Notes under the pieces: model-generated | The model's database searches: none | What the model was told of the DNA's origin: nothing | What the model saw: only the letters and a program-made list of their open reading frames with translations | Part shown: positions 30,454 to 40,954 of the stretch, in pieces | Position numbering within the stretch: the stretch's first letter is position 1 | How the letters are laid out: each line of letters opens with the position of its first letter | Position numbers and translations under genes: made by a program | Source of the DNA: an uncultured Actinomycetes bacterium | Lineage (GTDB): Bacteria > Actinomycetota > Thermoleophilia > Solirubrobacterales > 70-9 | Length of the DNA: 64,000 nucleotides | Direction of reading: 5' to 3' | Assembly (NCBI GenBank): GCA_963815645.1 | Contig: CAWFHL010000004.1 | Coordinates: 141,416 to 205,415 of the forward strand

Positions 30454-31770
30454 ATGACCGAGACACAGCAGCTTCGGACCGGCGCCGCGACGGCGGACGG
30501 CGAGAGCCCCTTCTCGACGATCGAGGAGGCGCTCGACGAGATCCGCCGGGGCCGGATGGTCGTCGTCTGCGACGGCGCCGATCGCGAGAACGAGGGCGAC
30601 CTGGTGATGGCGGCGCAGTTCGCGACCCCGGAGGCGGTCAACTTCATGGCGAAGGAGGCCCGCGGCCTGATCTGCCTGGCGCTCACTCCGGAGCGCTGTG
30701 ACCGGCTCGGGTTGCGGCTGATGACCGCGAAGAACGAGGCGCCGCTGCAGACCGCCTTCACGGTGACGATCGAGGCCGCCTCGGGGGTGACGACCGGGAT
30801 CAGCGCCCATGATCGCGCCCACACGATCCAGGTCGCCGTCGACCCGGAGTCGGGTCCGGCGGAGATCGTCGTCCCCGGCCACCTCTTCCCGCTGAAGGCG
30901 AAGGAGGGCGGGGTGCTGGAGCGCACCGGCCACACAGAGGCGAGCGTCGACCTGGCCCGGCTGGCGGGGCTCAACCCTTCCGGGCTGATCTGCGAGGTGA
31001 TGAACGACGACGGCAGCATGGCCAGGGTTCCCGACCTGATCCCCTACTGCCGGCGCCACGGCCTGAAGATGATCACCGTCGCCGAGCTGATCGCCTATCG
31101 GCGGCGGACCGAGAAGCTGGTCGAGCGGGTTGTCGGGACCACCCTGCCGACCGCGTTCGGGGAGTTCTCCGCGGTCGGCTACCGCTCGCTGGTCGACGAC
31201 AAGCATCACGTGGCGATGGTCAAAGGCGAGGTCGCCGGCGCCGAGGACGTCCTCGTAAGGGTCCACAGCGAGTGCCTCACCGGGGACGTCTTCCACAGCC
31301 TGCGCTGCGACTGCGGCGAGCAGCTGGAGGCGGCGCTGGCGATGATCGAGCGCGAGGGTCGCGGGGTCCTTCTCTATCTCTCCCAGGAGGGCCGCGGGAT
31401 CGGCCTGCTGAACAAGCTCCGCGCCTACAAGCTCCAGGAGGAGGGGGTGGACACGGTCGAGGCGAACCTCCAGCTCGGCCTCCCCGCCGACCTCCGCGAC
31501 TACGGGATCGGCGCCCAGATCCTCGGCGACCTGGGGCTGACCAGCATCAGGATCCTCACCAACAACCCGAAGAAGATCGTCGGGCTCGAGGGCTACGGGC
31601 TCTCGGTCAGCGAGCAGGTCCCGATCGAGGCGGCGCCCAACGCCCACAACGAGGACTACCTGCGGGCAAAGCGCGACAAGCTCGGCCACTCCCTCCACCA
31701 CCAGGGTCTCGCCTTCGACGAGGAGATGATCCACGGCGAGCGCAGCCGGGACTCCGGCGTCGATGGCTGA
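30454..31770 (+). CDS. ribBA: Bifunctional 3,4-dihydroxy-2-butanone-4-phosphate synthase / GTP cyclohydrolase II
   Basis: [29 protein letters not shown] (DHBP synthase). [32 protein letters not shown] (GCH II). ATG 30454 within ORF 30346..31770. Confidence 0.9.
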   Translation: MTETQQLRTGAATADGESPFSTIEEALDEIRRGRMVVVCDGADRENEGDLVMAAQFATPEAVNFMAKEARGLICLALTPERCDRLGLRLMTAKNEAPLQTAFTVTIEAASGVTTGISAHDRAHTIQVAVDPESGPAEIVVPGHLFPLKAKEGGVLERTGHTEASVDLARLAGLNPSGLICEVMNDDGSMARVPDLIPYCRRHGLKMITVAELIAYRRRTEKLVERVVGTTLPTAFGEFSAVGYRSLVDDKHHVAMVKGEVAGAEDVLVRVHSECLTGDVFHSLRCDCGEQLEAALAMIEREGRGVLLYLSQEGRGIGLLNKLRAYKLQEEGVDTVEANLQLGLPADLRDYGIGAQILGDLGLTSIRILTNNPKKIVGLEGYGLSVSEQVPIEAAPNAHNEDYLRAKRDKLGHSLHHQGLAFDEEMIHGERSRDSGVDG

Positions 31771-32263
31771 TCCGCCGGCCTTCCACGAGTCCTTCTCCGA
31801 GGCCGACCGCGAGGCGCTGGCGCCGCTCGAGTTCGCGGTGGTCTGCGCCCGCTTCTACGAGGAGATCGCGGACCGGCTCTGCAACGGGGCGGCCGAGGGC
31901 TTCGAACTCGCCGGTGTGAGCGAGGCCTCGGTGCACGAGTACGGCGTCCCCGGGTCCTTCGAGCTGCCCTTCGCGGCGAAGCTCTGTGCCGAGAGCGGAC
32001 GCTTCGCCGGCGTCGCCTGCCTCGGGGTGGTGATCAGGGGCGAGACTGACCACTACGACTACATCTGCGCAGAGACCTCCCGCGGGGTCCAGGAGGTGCA
32101 GCTCGGCACCGGCGTTCCCTGCGCCTTCGGGGTGATCACCTGCGAGACGATGGAACAGGCGCTGGCGCGGGCCGGCGGCGACAGGCGGGACATGGGCCGC
32201 AACGCCGCCCTCACCGTGGCCCGGATGGCCCTTCTGCGCCGGCGGCTGGCTCAACCGAGCTGA
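31763..32263 (+). CDS. ribH: 6,7-dimethyl-8-ribityllumazine synthase
   Basis: [27 protein letters not shown]....[11 protein letters not shown]. Confidence 0.9.
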   Translation: MADPPAFHESFSEADREALAPLEFAVVCARFYEEIADRLCNGAAEGFELAGVSEASVHEYGVPGSFELPFAAKLCAESGRFAGVACLGVVIRGETDHYDYICAETSRGVQEVQLGTGVPCAFGVITCETMEQALARAGGDRRDMGRNAALTVARMALLRRRLAQPS

Positions 32264-32960
32264 CCTCGATCTGGATCGCCCGGGCAGCGGCCTTCAGCTC
32301 ACCGTCCTCGGAGAAGATCGCGCAGCCCGCCTCGTGCTTGCGGCGCTGACTGCCGATCGGCCAGGCCATGACGACGTGGGGCTCGCCCAGCCGGACCGGC
32401 TCGAGCAGGCGCGCCGAGAGCCGTCCGAGCATCGCCAGAAAGCCGGGGCTGTGCAGCTCCACGCGCGAAATAGGTCGGGCAGTCGAGCACCGCCCAGACG
32501 AACTCGGGCAGGACCTCGCCGTCGCGGGCCAGCCATTCGGCCTCGGGTGTCCAGGGGGTCGCGACCAGATCCCGGCCGGCGACCTTCCCGGCGAAGACGC
32601 GCTGTGAGTCTTGCTCGCTGCGGGCCGCAGACAAAGCAGCTGGCGAAGATCTGGTCGGTTCCCTCGATAGCGCTCCGCGGCCGCCGCCGCCTCGCCGAGC
32701 CCGACCGGGGGCGGCACCTCGATCTCCAGCGGCGCCGATCTCGCCTCGGCCACGAGCTGCTCGCCGTCCTTGATCGCCACCTCATCCGGGCCGAGGCGCT
32801 CGACCTCGAGCGGGCGCCCGAGCGGCACCGGGCGCCGCAGGGTCACCTCCGCCGGCTCGGAGACGTGGGCTGCGAACAGGCCGCACGAATAGCCGCCCTG
32901 GCCGCTGCTCGCCGGCCCGTTCAGACGTGGGGCGATCTCGATCCGGCTACCATCCTCCAT
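32211..32960 (-). CDS. Hotdog-fold (PaaI-like) thioesterase-family protein; at least three frame breaks as sequenced
   Basis: MEDGSRIEIAPRLNGPASSGQGGYSCGLFAAH... in the frame of ORF 32211..33059. Then ..DQIFASCFVCGPQR (ORF 32294..32785 frame). Then SEQDSQRVFAGKV...EFVWAVLDCPTYFA (ORF 32299..32634 frame). Then back to the first frame (VELHSPGFLAMLGRLSARLL...). Breaks at ~32660, ~32620 and ~32470. The 3' end is uncertain. Confidence 0.5.
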   Translation of the reverse strand: MEDGSRIEIAPRLNGPASSGQGGYSCGLFAAHVSEPAEVTLRRPVPLGRPLEVERLGPDEVAIKDGEQLVAEARSAPLEIEVPPPVGLGEAAAAAERYRGNRPDLRQLLCLRPAASKTHSASSPGRSPAGIWSRPPGHPRPNGWPATARSCPSSSGRCSTARPISRVELHSPGFLAMLGRLSARLLEPVRLGEPHVVMAWPIGSQRRKHEAGCAIFSEDGELKAAARAIQIEVSSVEPAAGAEGPSGPR

Positions 32961-32964
32961 CCCG

Positions 32965-33156
32965 ATGGCAAAGATATGCCACAGCTGCGGCAAGGGTCCG
33001 GCCTTCGGCAATTCCCGGAGCCATTCGATGGTCGCCACCAAGCGGCGCTTCGGCGCCAACCTGCAGAAGGTGCGGATCGAGGACGGCGGCAGGCCCCGCC
33101 GCGTCTACGTCTGCACCCGTTGCCTGAAGGCCAACAAGGTCACCAAGGCGGCCTGA
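32965..33156 (+). CDS. rpmB: 50S ribosomal protein L28
   Basis: MAKICHSCGKGPAFGNSRSHSMVATKRRFGANLQKVR..., 63 aa. Confidence 0.9.
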   Translation: MAKICHSCGKGPAFGNSRSHSMVATKRRFGANLQKVRIEDGGRPRRVYVCTRCLKANKVTKAA

Positions 33157-33183
33157 GCCGCCCGCCGCCCCAGATAGATTCAG

Positions 33184-34819
33184 TTGGCGATGGCCGATCC
33201 TTCGATCGAGCGCTTCCGCCGCGTCGTCGCGAGCGCCTACGCTTCGCTCGAGGCTCGACGCCAGGAGGTCAACGACCTCAACGTCTTCCCGGTCGCCGAC
33301 GGCGACACGGGCGACAACATGGCGATGACGATGCGGGCGGTGATGGAGGAGCTGGACCGACTGCACGGGATGAGCGTCGACGAGGTCGGCCGCACCCAGC
33401 TGGTCCAGGCGCTGGCGAGGGCGGCGCTGATGGGCGCCCGCGGCAACTCGGGCGTGATCCTCAGCCAGATCGTCCGCGGCGCGGCCGAGGAGCTGGCCAG
33501 CCGGCCCGGCGAGCTGGTCGACCCGGTACTGGTCGCCTCGGCCTTCGCCAGGGCCGCCGACGCCGCCTACGAATCGGTACGCGACCCGGCCGAAGGGACG
33601 ATGCTGACGGTGTTCCGCGAGATGGCCCACTCGGTCGCCCGCCAGCTCGCCCACCTCTCCTCCGGAGCAGCAGCGCCTCGACGGCGGAGTCACCGCCACC
33701 GAGCAGGACGCGGTGCTCGCCGGCATCCTCGAGGTCGCGATCGCCGACGGCGAGAGGGCTGTGGAGCGGACTCCCGAGCAGCTCGAGGTGCTGCGCGAGG
33801 CGGAGGTGGTCGATGCCGGCGGCTACGGCCTGGTGCTGATCCTGGCCGGGATCGTCGCCGGGCTGCGCGGCGACGAGGACGAGCTGCCCGAGGTCGCCCG
33901 CCACGACCCGGCCCGGCTCAGCCGCCCGCACCACGAGGACAGCCGCTATCGCTACTGCACGAACTTCATCGTCTCCGGGGAGGGCCTCGCCGGGCGCGAG
34001 TTCGTCGCCCCGCTCGAGGGGCTCGGCGACTCGGTGCTGGTGGTCGGCGACGAGGCGACCCTGAAGGTCCACGTCCATACCGACGAGCCGGAGGCCGCGG
34101 TCGCCCTGTTCGACGGGCCGCGGTCACCAACCTCGACGTCGCCGACATGCGCGAGCAGATCGCCGAGCGCCGGGCACGGCTCAGCGCCGGCCGCACCGGC
34201 GTCGTCGCGGTCGCGGCGGGAACGGGCATGGAAAACCTGTTCGCGGATCTCGGCGCCCACGTCGTCGCCGGCGGCGGAGACGCTCAACCCGTCGACCTAT
34301 GAGCTGCTGGCCGGCATCCACAATGTCCCGGCCGAGGAGGTCCTGGTGCTTCCCAACTCCTCCAACGTGATCATGGCGGCCGAGCGGGCCTGCGAGCTCT
34401 CCGAGAAGCCGGCGCGGGTTCTGCCCTCGACCTCGCAGCAGGCCGGCCTGCTGGCCCTGGTCGAGCTCGACCCCTCCGCGAAGGCCTCGGAAAACGCCGC
34501 CCGGCTGGGGGCGGCGCTGGAGACGATCGCGACCGGTGGCGTCGCCCCGGCGGCCCGGGACGACGCGGGCGGACGCTTCCGGCGCGGCGACGCGGTCGGC
34601 TTCGCCGGCGGTGAGATCATCGCCTGGGGCGGCGCCGGCTCGACCCTGGCGACGACGATCGAGCACCTTGCCCGCGAGGCCGAGATCGTCACGGTGATCG
34701 GGGGGGCGGAGGCGCCGATCTCCCTGGCGGAGATCGGCGCCCACATTCCCGATCGGGTCGAGCTCGAGCTCCACGACGGCGGGCAGCCCGGTTGGTGGTG
34801 GCTGCTGGCGGCGCAGTGA
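33184..34819 (+). CDS. yloV: DAK2-domain fusion protein YloV (DhaL-like N-domain plus DegV-like C-domain); three frame breaks as sequenced
   Basis: LNVFPVADGDTGDNM, ARGNSGVILSQI (ORF 33184 frame). Then EVVDAGGYGL...YRYCTNFIV.. (ORF 33713 frame). Then back (AVTNLDVADMREQIA...) and again to the 33713 frame (TLNPSTYELL...). Breaks at ~33664, ~34118 and ~34276. Confidence 0.85.
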
Positions 34820-36997
34820 CCCTCACCGCCGGCGAAGGCTCGGTCGGCTTCGCCGGCGGCGGCGCGGGGCGATCGCGGCCGCCCTGTTCTCGGCCCCCGT
34901 CCGCACCCCGCGGGCCGCCTCGGCCGAGGCTCCGCTGACCACGCTTCCCGGAGTCGGGCCGAAGCTCGGGGCGATCGCCGCCGAAGCGGGGATCGAGACG
35001 GTCGGCGACCTCCTGCTGCGGATTCCGCACAGCTACAGGGACCGCTCGGCGGCTCGGCCGCTCGGCGACCTGCGGCTTGGGGAGGAGGCGACGGTGATGG
35101 TCGAAGTCCGCTCCGCGAGGCTGCGGCGGACCAGGCGTCGCGGCCTGACGATCGTCGAGGCGACGGTCGCCGATTCCAGCGGCAGCATCGGCGCAACCTG
35201 GTTCAACCAGCCCTGGCTCGCGGATCGGCTCCGACCGGGCGTGGCGATGCTGCTGGTGGGCAGTCTCGATCGGCGGGGGCTCCGGGTCTCCGAGCACGAG
35301 TTCCTCGGCGGCGAGGACGATGGCGAGCCGCCCTCCGGCATCCACACCACCGGCTTGGTCCCGGTCCACCCGGCGACCGAGGGGCTGCGCCCGCAGCGGA
35401 TCAGGGAATGGGTCTGGCAGGCGCTGCTCCGGGTCGGGGACGTGATCGAGCCCCTGCCGGCCGAGCTGCGGAGCCGACGCGGGCTCGCCGGCGCCACCGA
35501 CAGCCTCCGCGCGGTGCACTTCCCGGCTTGCCCGGGCGAGGCAGAGGAGGCTCGCAGGCGGATCGCCTTCGAGGAGCTCTTCCTCTACCAGGCCGTCCTG
35601 GCAGCACGCCGGCAGGGTCGCAGGACGGAGAGGCCGGGAAGGCGACTCGGCGCTCCCGGGCCCCTCGTAGAGCGCTGGCTCGCGTCGCTTCCCTTCGAGC
35701 CGACCGACGATCAGCGCAAGGCCTTTGCCGAACTGGATCGGGATCTCGACTCGGGCGAGCCGATGCAGCGCCTGCTGATGGGCGAGGTCGGCTCGGGCAA
35801 GACCGTAGTCGCGCTTTACGCGATGCTGAGAGCGCTCGAGGCCGGCTTGCAGGCGGCGCTGATGGCGCCCACCGAGACCCTCGCCGAGCAGCATGCCGCG
35901 ACCCTCGACCGGCTGCTCGGGGCGGAGGCGGTCAGCTTCGGCCTGCTCACAGGTTCGACCCCGGCCCCCGAGCGGCGGCGATGCCTCGGCCGCCTCGCCT
36001 CCGGGCGAGCTCGGCCTGGTGGTTGGGACGCACGCGCTGATCGAGCCGGCGGTCGAATTCGACCGGCTCGGCGTCTGCGTGGTCGACGAGCAGCACCGCT
36101 TCGGGGTGCGGCAGCGCGCCGCGCTCGACGCGAAGGCGCCGGGAGGAGGGGCCCCGCACCTCCTCCACATGACGGCGACGCCGATACCGAGGACGCTTTC
36201 GCTGACCACCTACGGCGATCTCGACGCCACCGTTCTGCGCCAGCTCCCGGCTGGGCGGATGCCGGTCGGGACCTGGCTGGTCGCCGACGAGCGCCGCGCC
36301 GCGGCCTACGAGTTCATCAGGGAGCGCCTCCGGGAAGGGCGCCAGGCGTTCGTCGTCTGCCCTCTGGTCTCCGAGTCGGAGAAGCTGCAGGCGAAGGCGG
36401 TGGCCGAGGAGGTAGCCCGCCTCGCGGGCGGCGAGCTGCGCGACTTCCGGATCGAGGCCCTGCACGGCCAGATGGCGGCCGCGAAGAAGAGCGAGGTGAT
36501 GGCCGCCTTCGCCGCGGGCGAGATCGCAGGTCCTGGTGGCGACCACGGTGATCGAGGTTGGGATCGACGTCGCCAACGCGACGGTGATCGTGGTCGAAGG
36601 GGCGGAGCGATACGGCGTCTCCCAGCTCCATCAGCTCCGCGGGCGGGTCGGTCGGGGAGAGCACCGCTCCCATTGCCTGCTGTTCGCCGAGGAAGCCGGC
36701 GAGCTGGCCCGGCGCAGGCTGGACGCGGTGGCCTCGGAGAGCGACGGCTTCAGGCTCGCCGAGCTCGACCTCGGGCTCCGCGGCGAGGGCGAGGTGCTCG
36801 GCACCCGCCAGCACGGGCTGCCGCGCTTCGCGGTCGCCCAGCTGCCCGAGGACACCCCGACCCTGATCGAGGCCCGGGAGGAGCTGCTCGCCCTGATCCG
36901 CCGCCATGGCAGCCTCGAGGCCCCGGCGCTCGGGCCGCTCCTGGATGCGGCGCGCCAGCGCTTCGGTCCCGGCGCGGACGGCGCGATCCCGGCGTGA
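34816..36997 (+). CDS. recG: ATP-dependent DNA helicase RecG; about three frame breaks as sequenced
   Basis: LTTLPGVGPKLGAIAAEAGIETVGDLL (N-terminus), wedge domain, LLMGEVGSGKTVVA (Walker A), VVDEQHRFGV, HMTATPIPRTL, TTVIEVGIDVANATV, QLHQLRGRVGRG. Breaks at ~34868, ~36006 and ~36528. The GTG 34816 start is tentative. Confidence 0.85.
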
Positions 36998-37022
36998 GCG
37001 CGGGGGGAGGGAAAGGCCCGCG

Positions 37023-37580
37023 GTGAGGGTGATCGCCGGAGAGCTCCGCGGCCGCCGGCTGCTGGCGCCGCGGGGCTGGCGGGTGCGCCCCACCTCCGAC
37101 CGGGTGAGGGAGGCGATCTTCTCGGCCCTGGGCGATATCGAGGGGCAGCGGGTGCTCGACCTCTACTGCGGCACCGGCGCGCTCGCGGTCGAAGCGCTCT
37201 CCCGCGGCGCCGCCGGGGCGGTCCTCGTCGACCGCGAAACCCGGCCCGCCATGGGCAACATCGAGGCGCTCGGGCTCGGCGACCGGGCCGAGCTGGTCCG
37301 CGCCGAGGTCGCCGGCTGGATGCGGTCCGCCGCCGCCGGCGAGGGGCGCTTCGGCCTGATCTTCATCGACGCCCCCTATAGACTCGCCGACCGCATTGGC
37401 CCCGAACTCGACAGCCTCCTTCCCCCCTTCTCGCGGAGGGCGGCCGCGTGATCGCTGAGAGCGCCGCGGCGCGCCCGCTCGAGCTGCTCCTCGCTGCCCA
37501 AGGTCCGCGAGCGACGCTACGGGGGGACCACGGTTCGCTTCTTCGCCAAGCCAGAGAGCCGAGGCGAGGGAGCCCGATGA
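37023..37580 (+). CDS. rsmD: 16S rRNA (guanine966-N2)-methyltransferase RsmD; two frame breaks as sequenced
   Basis: VRVIAGELRGRRL..P......RPTSDRVREAIFS, VLDLYCGTGALAVEALSRGA, IFIDAPY. The C-terminus is recovered in two other frames (..LLPPLLAEGGRVIAES.. then ..VRERRYGGTTVRFF..). Breaks at the C6 run 37423..37428 and at ~37500. ATGA overlap with coaD. Confidence 0.8.
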
Positions 37581-38078
37581 GCGGGGACAAGCGCACGGTG
37601 GTCTGCCCGGGCAGCTATGACCCGGTCACCAACGGCCATCTCGACATCATCGCCCGCGACGGCACGGGTCTTCGACCGGGTCGTGGTCGGGGTCGTCAAC
37701 AACCCGGTGCGCAAGCAGACGACCCTGTTCACGGCCGAGGAGCGCCGCGGGTTCATCGCCGAGGCCACCGCCGAGATCGACAACGTCGAGGTCGCGGTGT
37801 TCGCCGCCCTCCTGGTCGACTTCGCCCGCGACCAGGGTGCAGGGGCGATCGTCAAGGGGCTTCGGGCGATCTCCGACTTCGAGTACGAGTTCGAGATGGC
37901 CCAGCTGAACCGCAAGCTCGATCCCTCGATCGAGAGCATCTACGTGATCGCCTCACCCGACTACAGCTTTCTCTCCTCCACAGGTGTGAAGGAGATGGCG
38001 ACCTTCGGCGGTGACGTCTCCGATCTCGTTCCCCCCTCGGTGGCTGCTGCGCTGGCAGACCGCTTCGGAGACAGGTAG
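37577..38078 (+). CDS. coaD: Phosphopantetheine adenylyltransferase; one frame break as sequenced
   Basis: VVCPGSYDPVTNGHLDIIAR, then (after the break at ~37660) FDRVVVGV..NP.K...F..EER, KGLRAISDFEYE.QMA..N (ORF 37617..38078). Confidence 0.85.
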
Positions 38079-38180
38079 GGTGATGGCGATGCCCCGGGTG
38101 GGCAAGAGTTTGCAGAAAGCCGAGGAAATCACGGTTTCTTTACCGAACACTTCCCTTCCCCGTAGGCTTACGACCTGCTG

Positions 38181-38663
38181 ATGGACGTTCTGGTCCTCAT
38201 AGACAAGCTGGACGATCTCGTCCACAACGCCCGGCCTGTTCCTCTGACCGACCAGGTGCGGGTCGATCGTGAGGAGATCTACGACCTCCTCGATCAGATG
38301 CGGGCGACGATCCCCGAGGAGATCAAGCAGGCCCGCTGGATCGTCAAGGAGCGCCAGGAGATGCTGGCCGAGGCGAAGCGCGAGGCCGAGCGGGTGGTCC
38401 GCGAGGCGCGCGAGCAGCAGGCCCGGCTGATCTCCGACGAGGAAGTGACCAAGCAGGCCGAGCGGGCGGCTGACGAGATCGTCGAGGACGCCCGGACCCG
38501 CGAGCGCGAGATTCGCCTCGGAGCCGAGGATTACGCCGACGAGATCCTCAACACGCTCGAGGTCAACCTGCAGAAGTTCCTCGCCGCCGTGCAGCGGGGC
38601 CGTGACCGGCTCGCCGGACGTGACGAAGAGCAGCAGCCGGTCGAGCTGGAACAGCAGCAGTAG
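38181..38663 (+). CDS. Coiled-coil protein of unknown function (charged, ATP-synthase-b/DivIVA-like heptads)
   Basis: Intact 160-aa ORF, coding-like and strongly E/R/K/A-rich alpha-helical. Preceded by a lower-GC gap. Confidence 0.5.
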   Translation: MDVLVLIDKLDDLVHNARPVPLTDQVRVDREEIYDLLDQMRATIPEEIKQARWIVKERQEMLAEAKREAERVVREAREQQARLISDEEVTKQAERAADEIVEDARTREREIRLGAEDYADEILNTLEVNLQKFLAAVQRGRDRLAGRDEEQQPVELEQQQ

Positions 38664-38839
38664 CGCTTGCTTTGGGGGCGCCGTGACCCCCGCCTCTCTC
38701 AAACCGGCTTCGCCGGTTACAAGCCGTTCGGAGGGGGTCACGACGCCCTCAGCGAGCGTCAGCTGCTGATCCAGCTCGTGGCGGCCTTAGTCGGCTGGCA
38801 ATACGCTGCGATCTCGCAAGACTCGCGAGGAGGAGTGGT

Positions 38840-39580
38840 ATGGATGAGCGGTGGTTTTCTGATTCGGAGCTGGGGGAGATGTCCCGGCCGACCTTGGACC
38901 GGGTGATCGAGGCGATCGACGCCGGCGACGCCGAGGAGGCGAAGCGGCTCTGCGAGGAGATGAAGCACGAGTCACAGTTCATGCACGACCTGCTCGTGGA
39001 CGGGATCGCGGGGTTGATCTCCTTCGTCGGGGACCGCCTCGGCGATGACGGGGTCGAGGAGGCCTGGACCTTCAGCCTGGAGCGCAGCTGGCGCTCACCG
39101 GTGGAGGCGATCGACTCGATGGATCGCCGCGAGGTGGCGAAGGCGCTGGCGGCGACCTGGCGGGCTCACTCGACCAGCGGGGTGGGCCCCGTGCCCGGCG
39201 CGTTCGAGATCACCGAGGATGCCGAGAAGCTCGTCTTCACGATGAATCCCTGCGGCTCGGGCCAGCGGCTGTGGCGGATGGGCCGCTACGGCGAGGGCGG
39301 CTGGGGGGTGACCCGATCGGCCCATGACTGGAGCTACGAGCGGGAGGAGTTCCCCCTCTACTGCACCCACTGCGCCTTCATGAACGAGACCCTGCCGATC
39401 CGCTGGATCGGGCACCCCGTCTACCCGTCCGATCCGCCCGACGACTTCGACCGCGATCCCTGCACCTGGTACTGGTACAAGGACCCTGCCGACATTCCCG
39501 AGCGCCACTGGGAGCGCTACGGGCTGCGCCGCGATCCTGCCGGGTCGAGCGGCAACGGCGCCGATGCCGGCGAAGCCTGA
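38840..39580 (+). CDS. Hypothetical protein (Cys/Trp-rich C-terminal half; function unknown)
   Basis: Intact 246-aa ORF with good codon bias. NPCGSGQRLW, YCTHCAFMNE and DPCTWYWY motifs. Its 3' end overlaps the next gene by 17 nt. Confidence 0.5.
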   Translation: MDERWFSDSELGEMSRPTLDRVIEAIDAGDAEEAKRLCEEMKHESQFMHDLLVDGIAGLISFVGDRLGDDGVEEAWTFSLERSWRSPVEAIDSMDRREVAKALAATWRAHSTSGVGPVPGAFEITEDAEKLVFTMNPCGSGQRLWRMGRYGEGGWGVTRSAHDWSYEREEFPLYCTHCAFMNETLPIRWIGHPVYPSDPPDDFDRDPCTWYWYKDPADIPERHWERYGLRRDPAGSSGNGADAGEA

Positions 39581-40553
39581 CCCGGAGCTGGAGCGCGGCG
39601 TCCGAGAAGCGCTCGCCGATCTGGGAGTCGCCGGGGCGGAGCGGGCCGAGCTCAGCGAGATCCCCGGCGGCGCCTCCCGCCAGACATGGCTGATCGAGGC
39701 CGCGCCGCAGCGCTTCGTACTCCGTCGCGACCCGCCCGGCGCCGAGTCGCTGGTCTCGCAGGCCGGGGAGTTCCGGCTGATCGGGCTCGCCCGGGAGGCG
39801 GGCGTCCCGGTTCCCGAACCGCTGGCGCTCGAACCGGAGGAAGGCCGGTTCGGCACTGCGGGGATGCTGCTCTCCTTCGTCGCCGGGGAGTCGGTGGGGC
39901 CGCGGGTGCTGCGAAGCGAGGAGTTGGAGGAGGCGCGGGCCGGACTCGTCGCCCAGCTGGGCGAGGCCGCGGCGCGGATTCACTCGATCGACCTCGACGC
40001 TTCGGGCTTGCCGCCTCCGGGTGGCGACCCGGTGATCGCCCAGATCGAGCACTGGGAGGCCGAACTGGAGCGGATCGGCGAGCCCCTGCCGGTGGTCGAG
40101 CTTGGTCTGCGCTGGTTGCGGCTGCACCGGCCCGGCCCGGTCCAGCCGCGAGTGGTTCACGGGGACTTCCGGCTCGGCAACCTGATCGTCGACCGGCACG
40201 GCCTGGCGGCGGTGATCGACTGGGAGCTGGCCCATAGCGGCGACCCCGCCGAAGACCTTGGCTGGCTCTGCATTCGCTCCTGGCGCTTCGGGCGCGACGA
40301 ACATCCGGTGGCCGGAGTGGGCAGCCGCGAGGAGCTGCTCGAAGCCTATGAGGCCGCCGGCGGCGAGCGTCCGGACCCCGAGCGGCTGCGCTACTGGGAG
40401 CTGTTCGGAAACCTCAAGTGGGCGGCGATCTGCGCTCGCCAGGCGGCCGACCACCGCAGCGGCCTGCGACGAAGTCACGAGCTTGCCTCGCTCGGACGGC
40501 GCATATGCGAGCCGGAATGGGACCTGCTCGAGCTGATCGGGGCGGCGGCGTGA
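39564..40553 (+). CDS. Phosphotransferase (APH/choline-kinase-like) family protein
   Basis: VVHGDFRLGNLIVD....AVIDWELAHSGDPAEDLGW (Brenner catalytic loop plus DxD-type motif). Confidence 0.8.
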   Translation: MPAKPDPELERGVREALADLGVAGAERAELSEIPGGASRQTWLIEAAPQRFVLRRDPPGAESLVSQAGEFRLIGLAREAGVPVPEPLALEPEEGRFGTAGMLLSFVAGESVGPRVLRSEELEEARAGLVAQLGEAAARIHSIDLDASGLPPPGGDPVIAQIEHWEAELERIGEPLPVVELGLRWLRLHRPGPVQPRVVHGDFRLGNLIVDRHGLAAVIDWELAHSGDPAEDLGWLCIRSWRFGRDEHPVAGVGSREELLEAYEAAGGERPDPERLRYWELFGNLKWAAICARQAADHRSGLRRSHELASLGRRICEPEWDLLELIGAAA

Positions 40554-40936
40554 CCCAGGACCGCCCCGAGGCGCCGGAGCTGCTCGAAGCGCTCGCCGAG
40601 TACCTGTTCACAGATGTCCGTGGCGCGGTCCCCCGCGAGGAGCGCTTCCGGGTCCTGGTCGCCGCGAACCTCTGCGCCGTCCTCGCCCGGGAGTGGCGCG
40701 CCGGGGATCAGCCGCTCCGCGAGGACCTGGAGCTGTTCGGCGCGATCCTCGGTGAGCCGCCCGCTCCCGCGCCGGGCCCCGCCGAGCTCGAAATCGCTGT
40801 GCGGGAGGCCGAGGAGACGCTGGTCGAGCGCCTGCGGGGCGGCGCCATGGACGATCGCCTCGACGAGCTCGCCGGGCGCCTTCGCGACCATGTCCGCCGC
40901 AAGCTGGCGATCGCCCGGCCGGGTTACGAGCAATGA
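40550..40936 (+). CDS. Small helical protein commonly paired with APH-type kinases (DUF6285-like; assignment from memory)
   Basis: In-frame GTG 40550 overlaps the kinase stop (GTGA). 128 aa, LLEALAEYL... start. Confidence 0.45.
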   Translation: MTQDRPEAPELLEALAEYLFTDVRGAVPREERFRVLVAANLCAVLAREWRAGDQPLREDLELFGAILGEPPAPAPGPAELEIAVREAEETLVERLRGGAMDDRLDELAGRLRDHVRRKLAIARPGYEQ

Positions 40937-40954
40937 TCGTGCGCCGGCGCGGGC

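Noticed and set aside
38140-38168. Sigma-70-like promoter (TTACCG-17 nt-TAGGCT) upstream of the coiled-coil gene
   Set aside because: The spacing is right, but the hexamers are weak matches in a short lower-GC patch. Without transcription start data this is not distinguishable from chance, so it is not listed as a feature.
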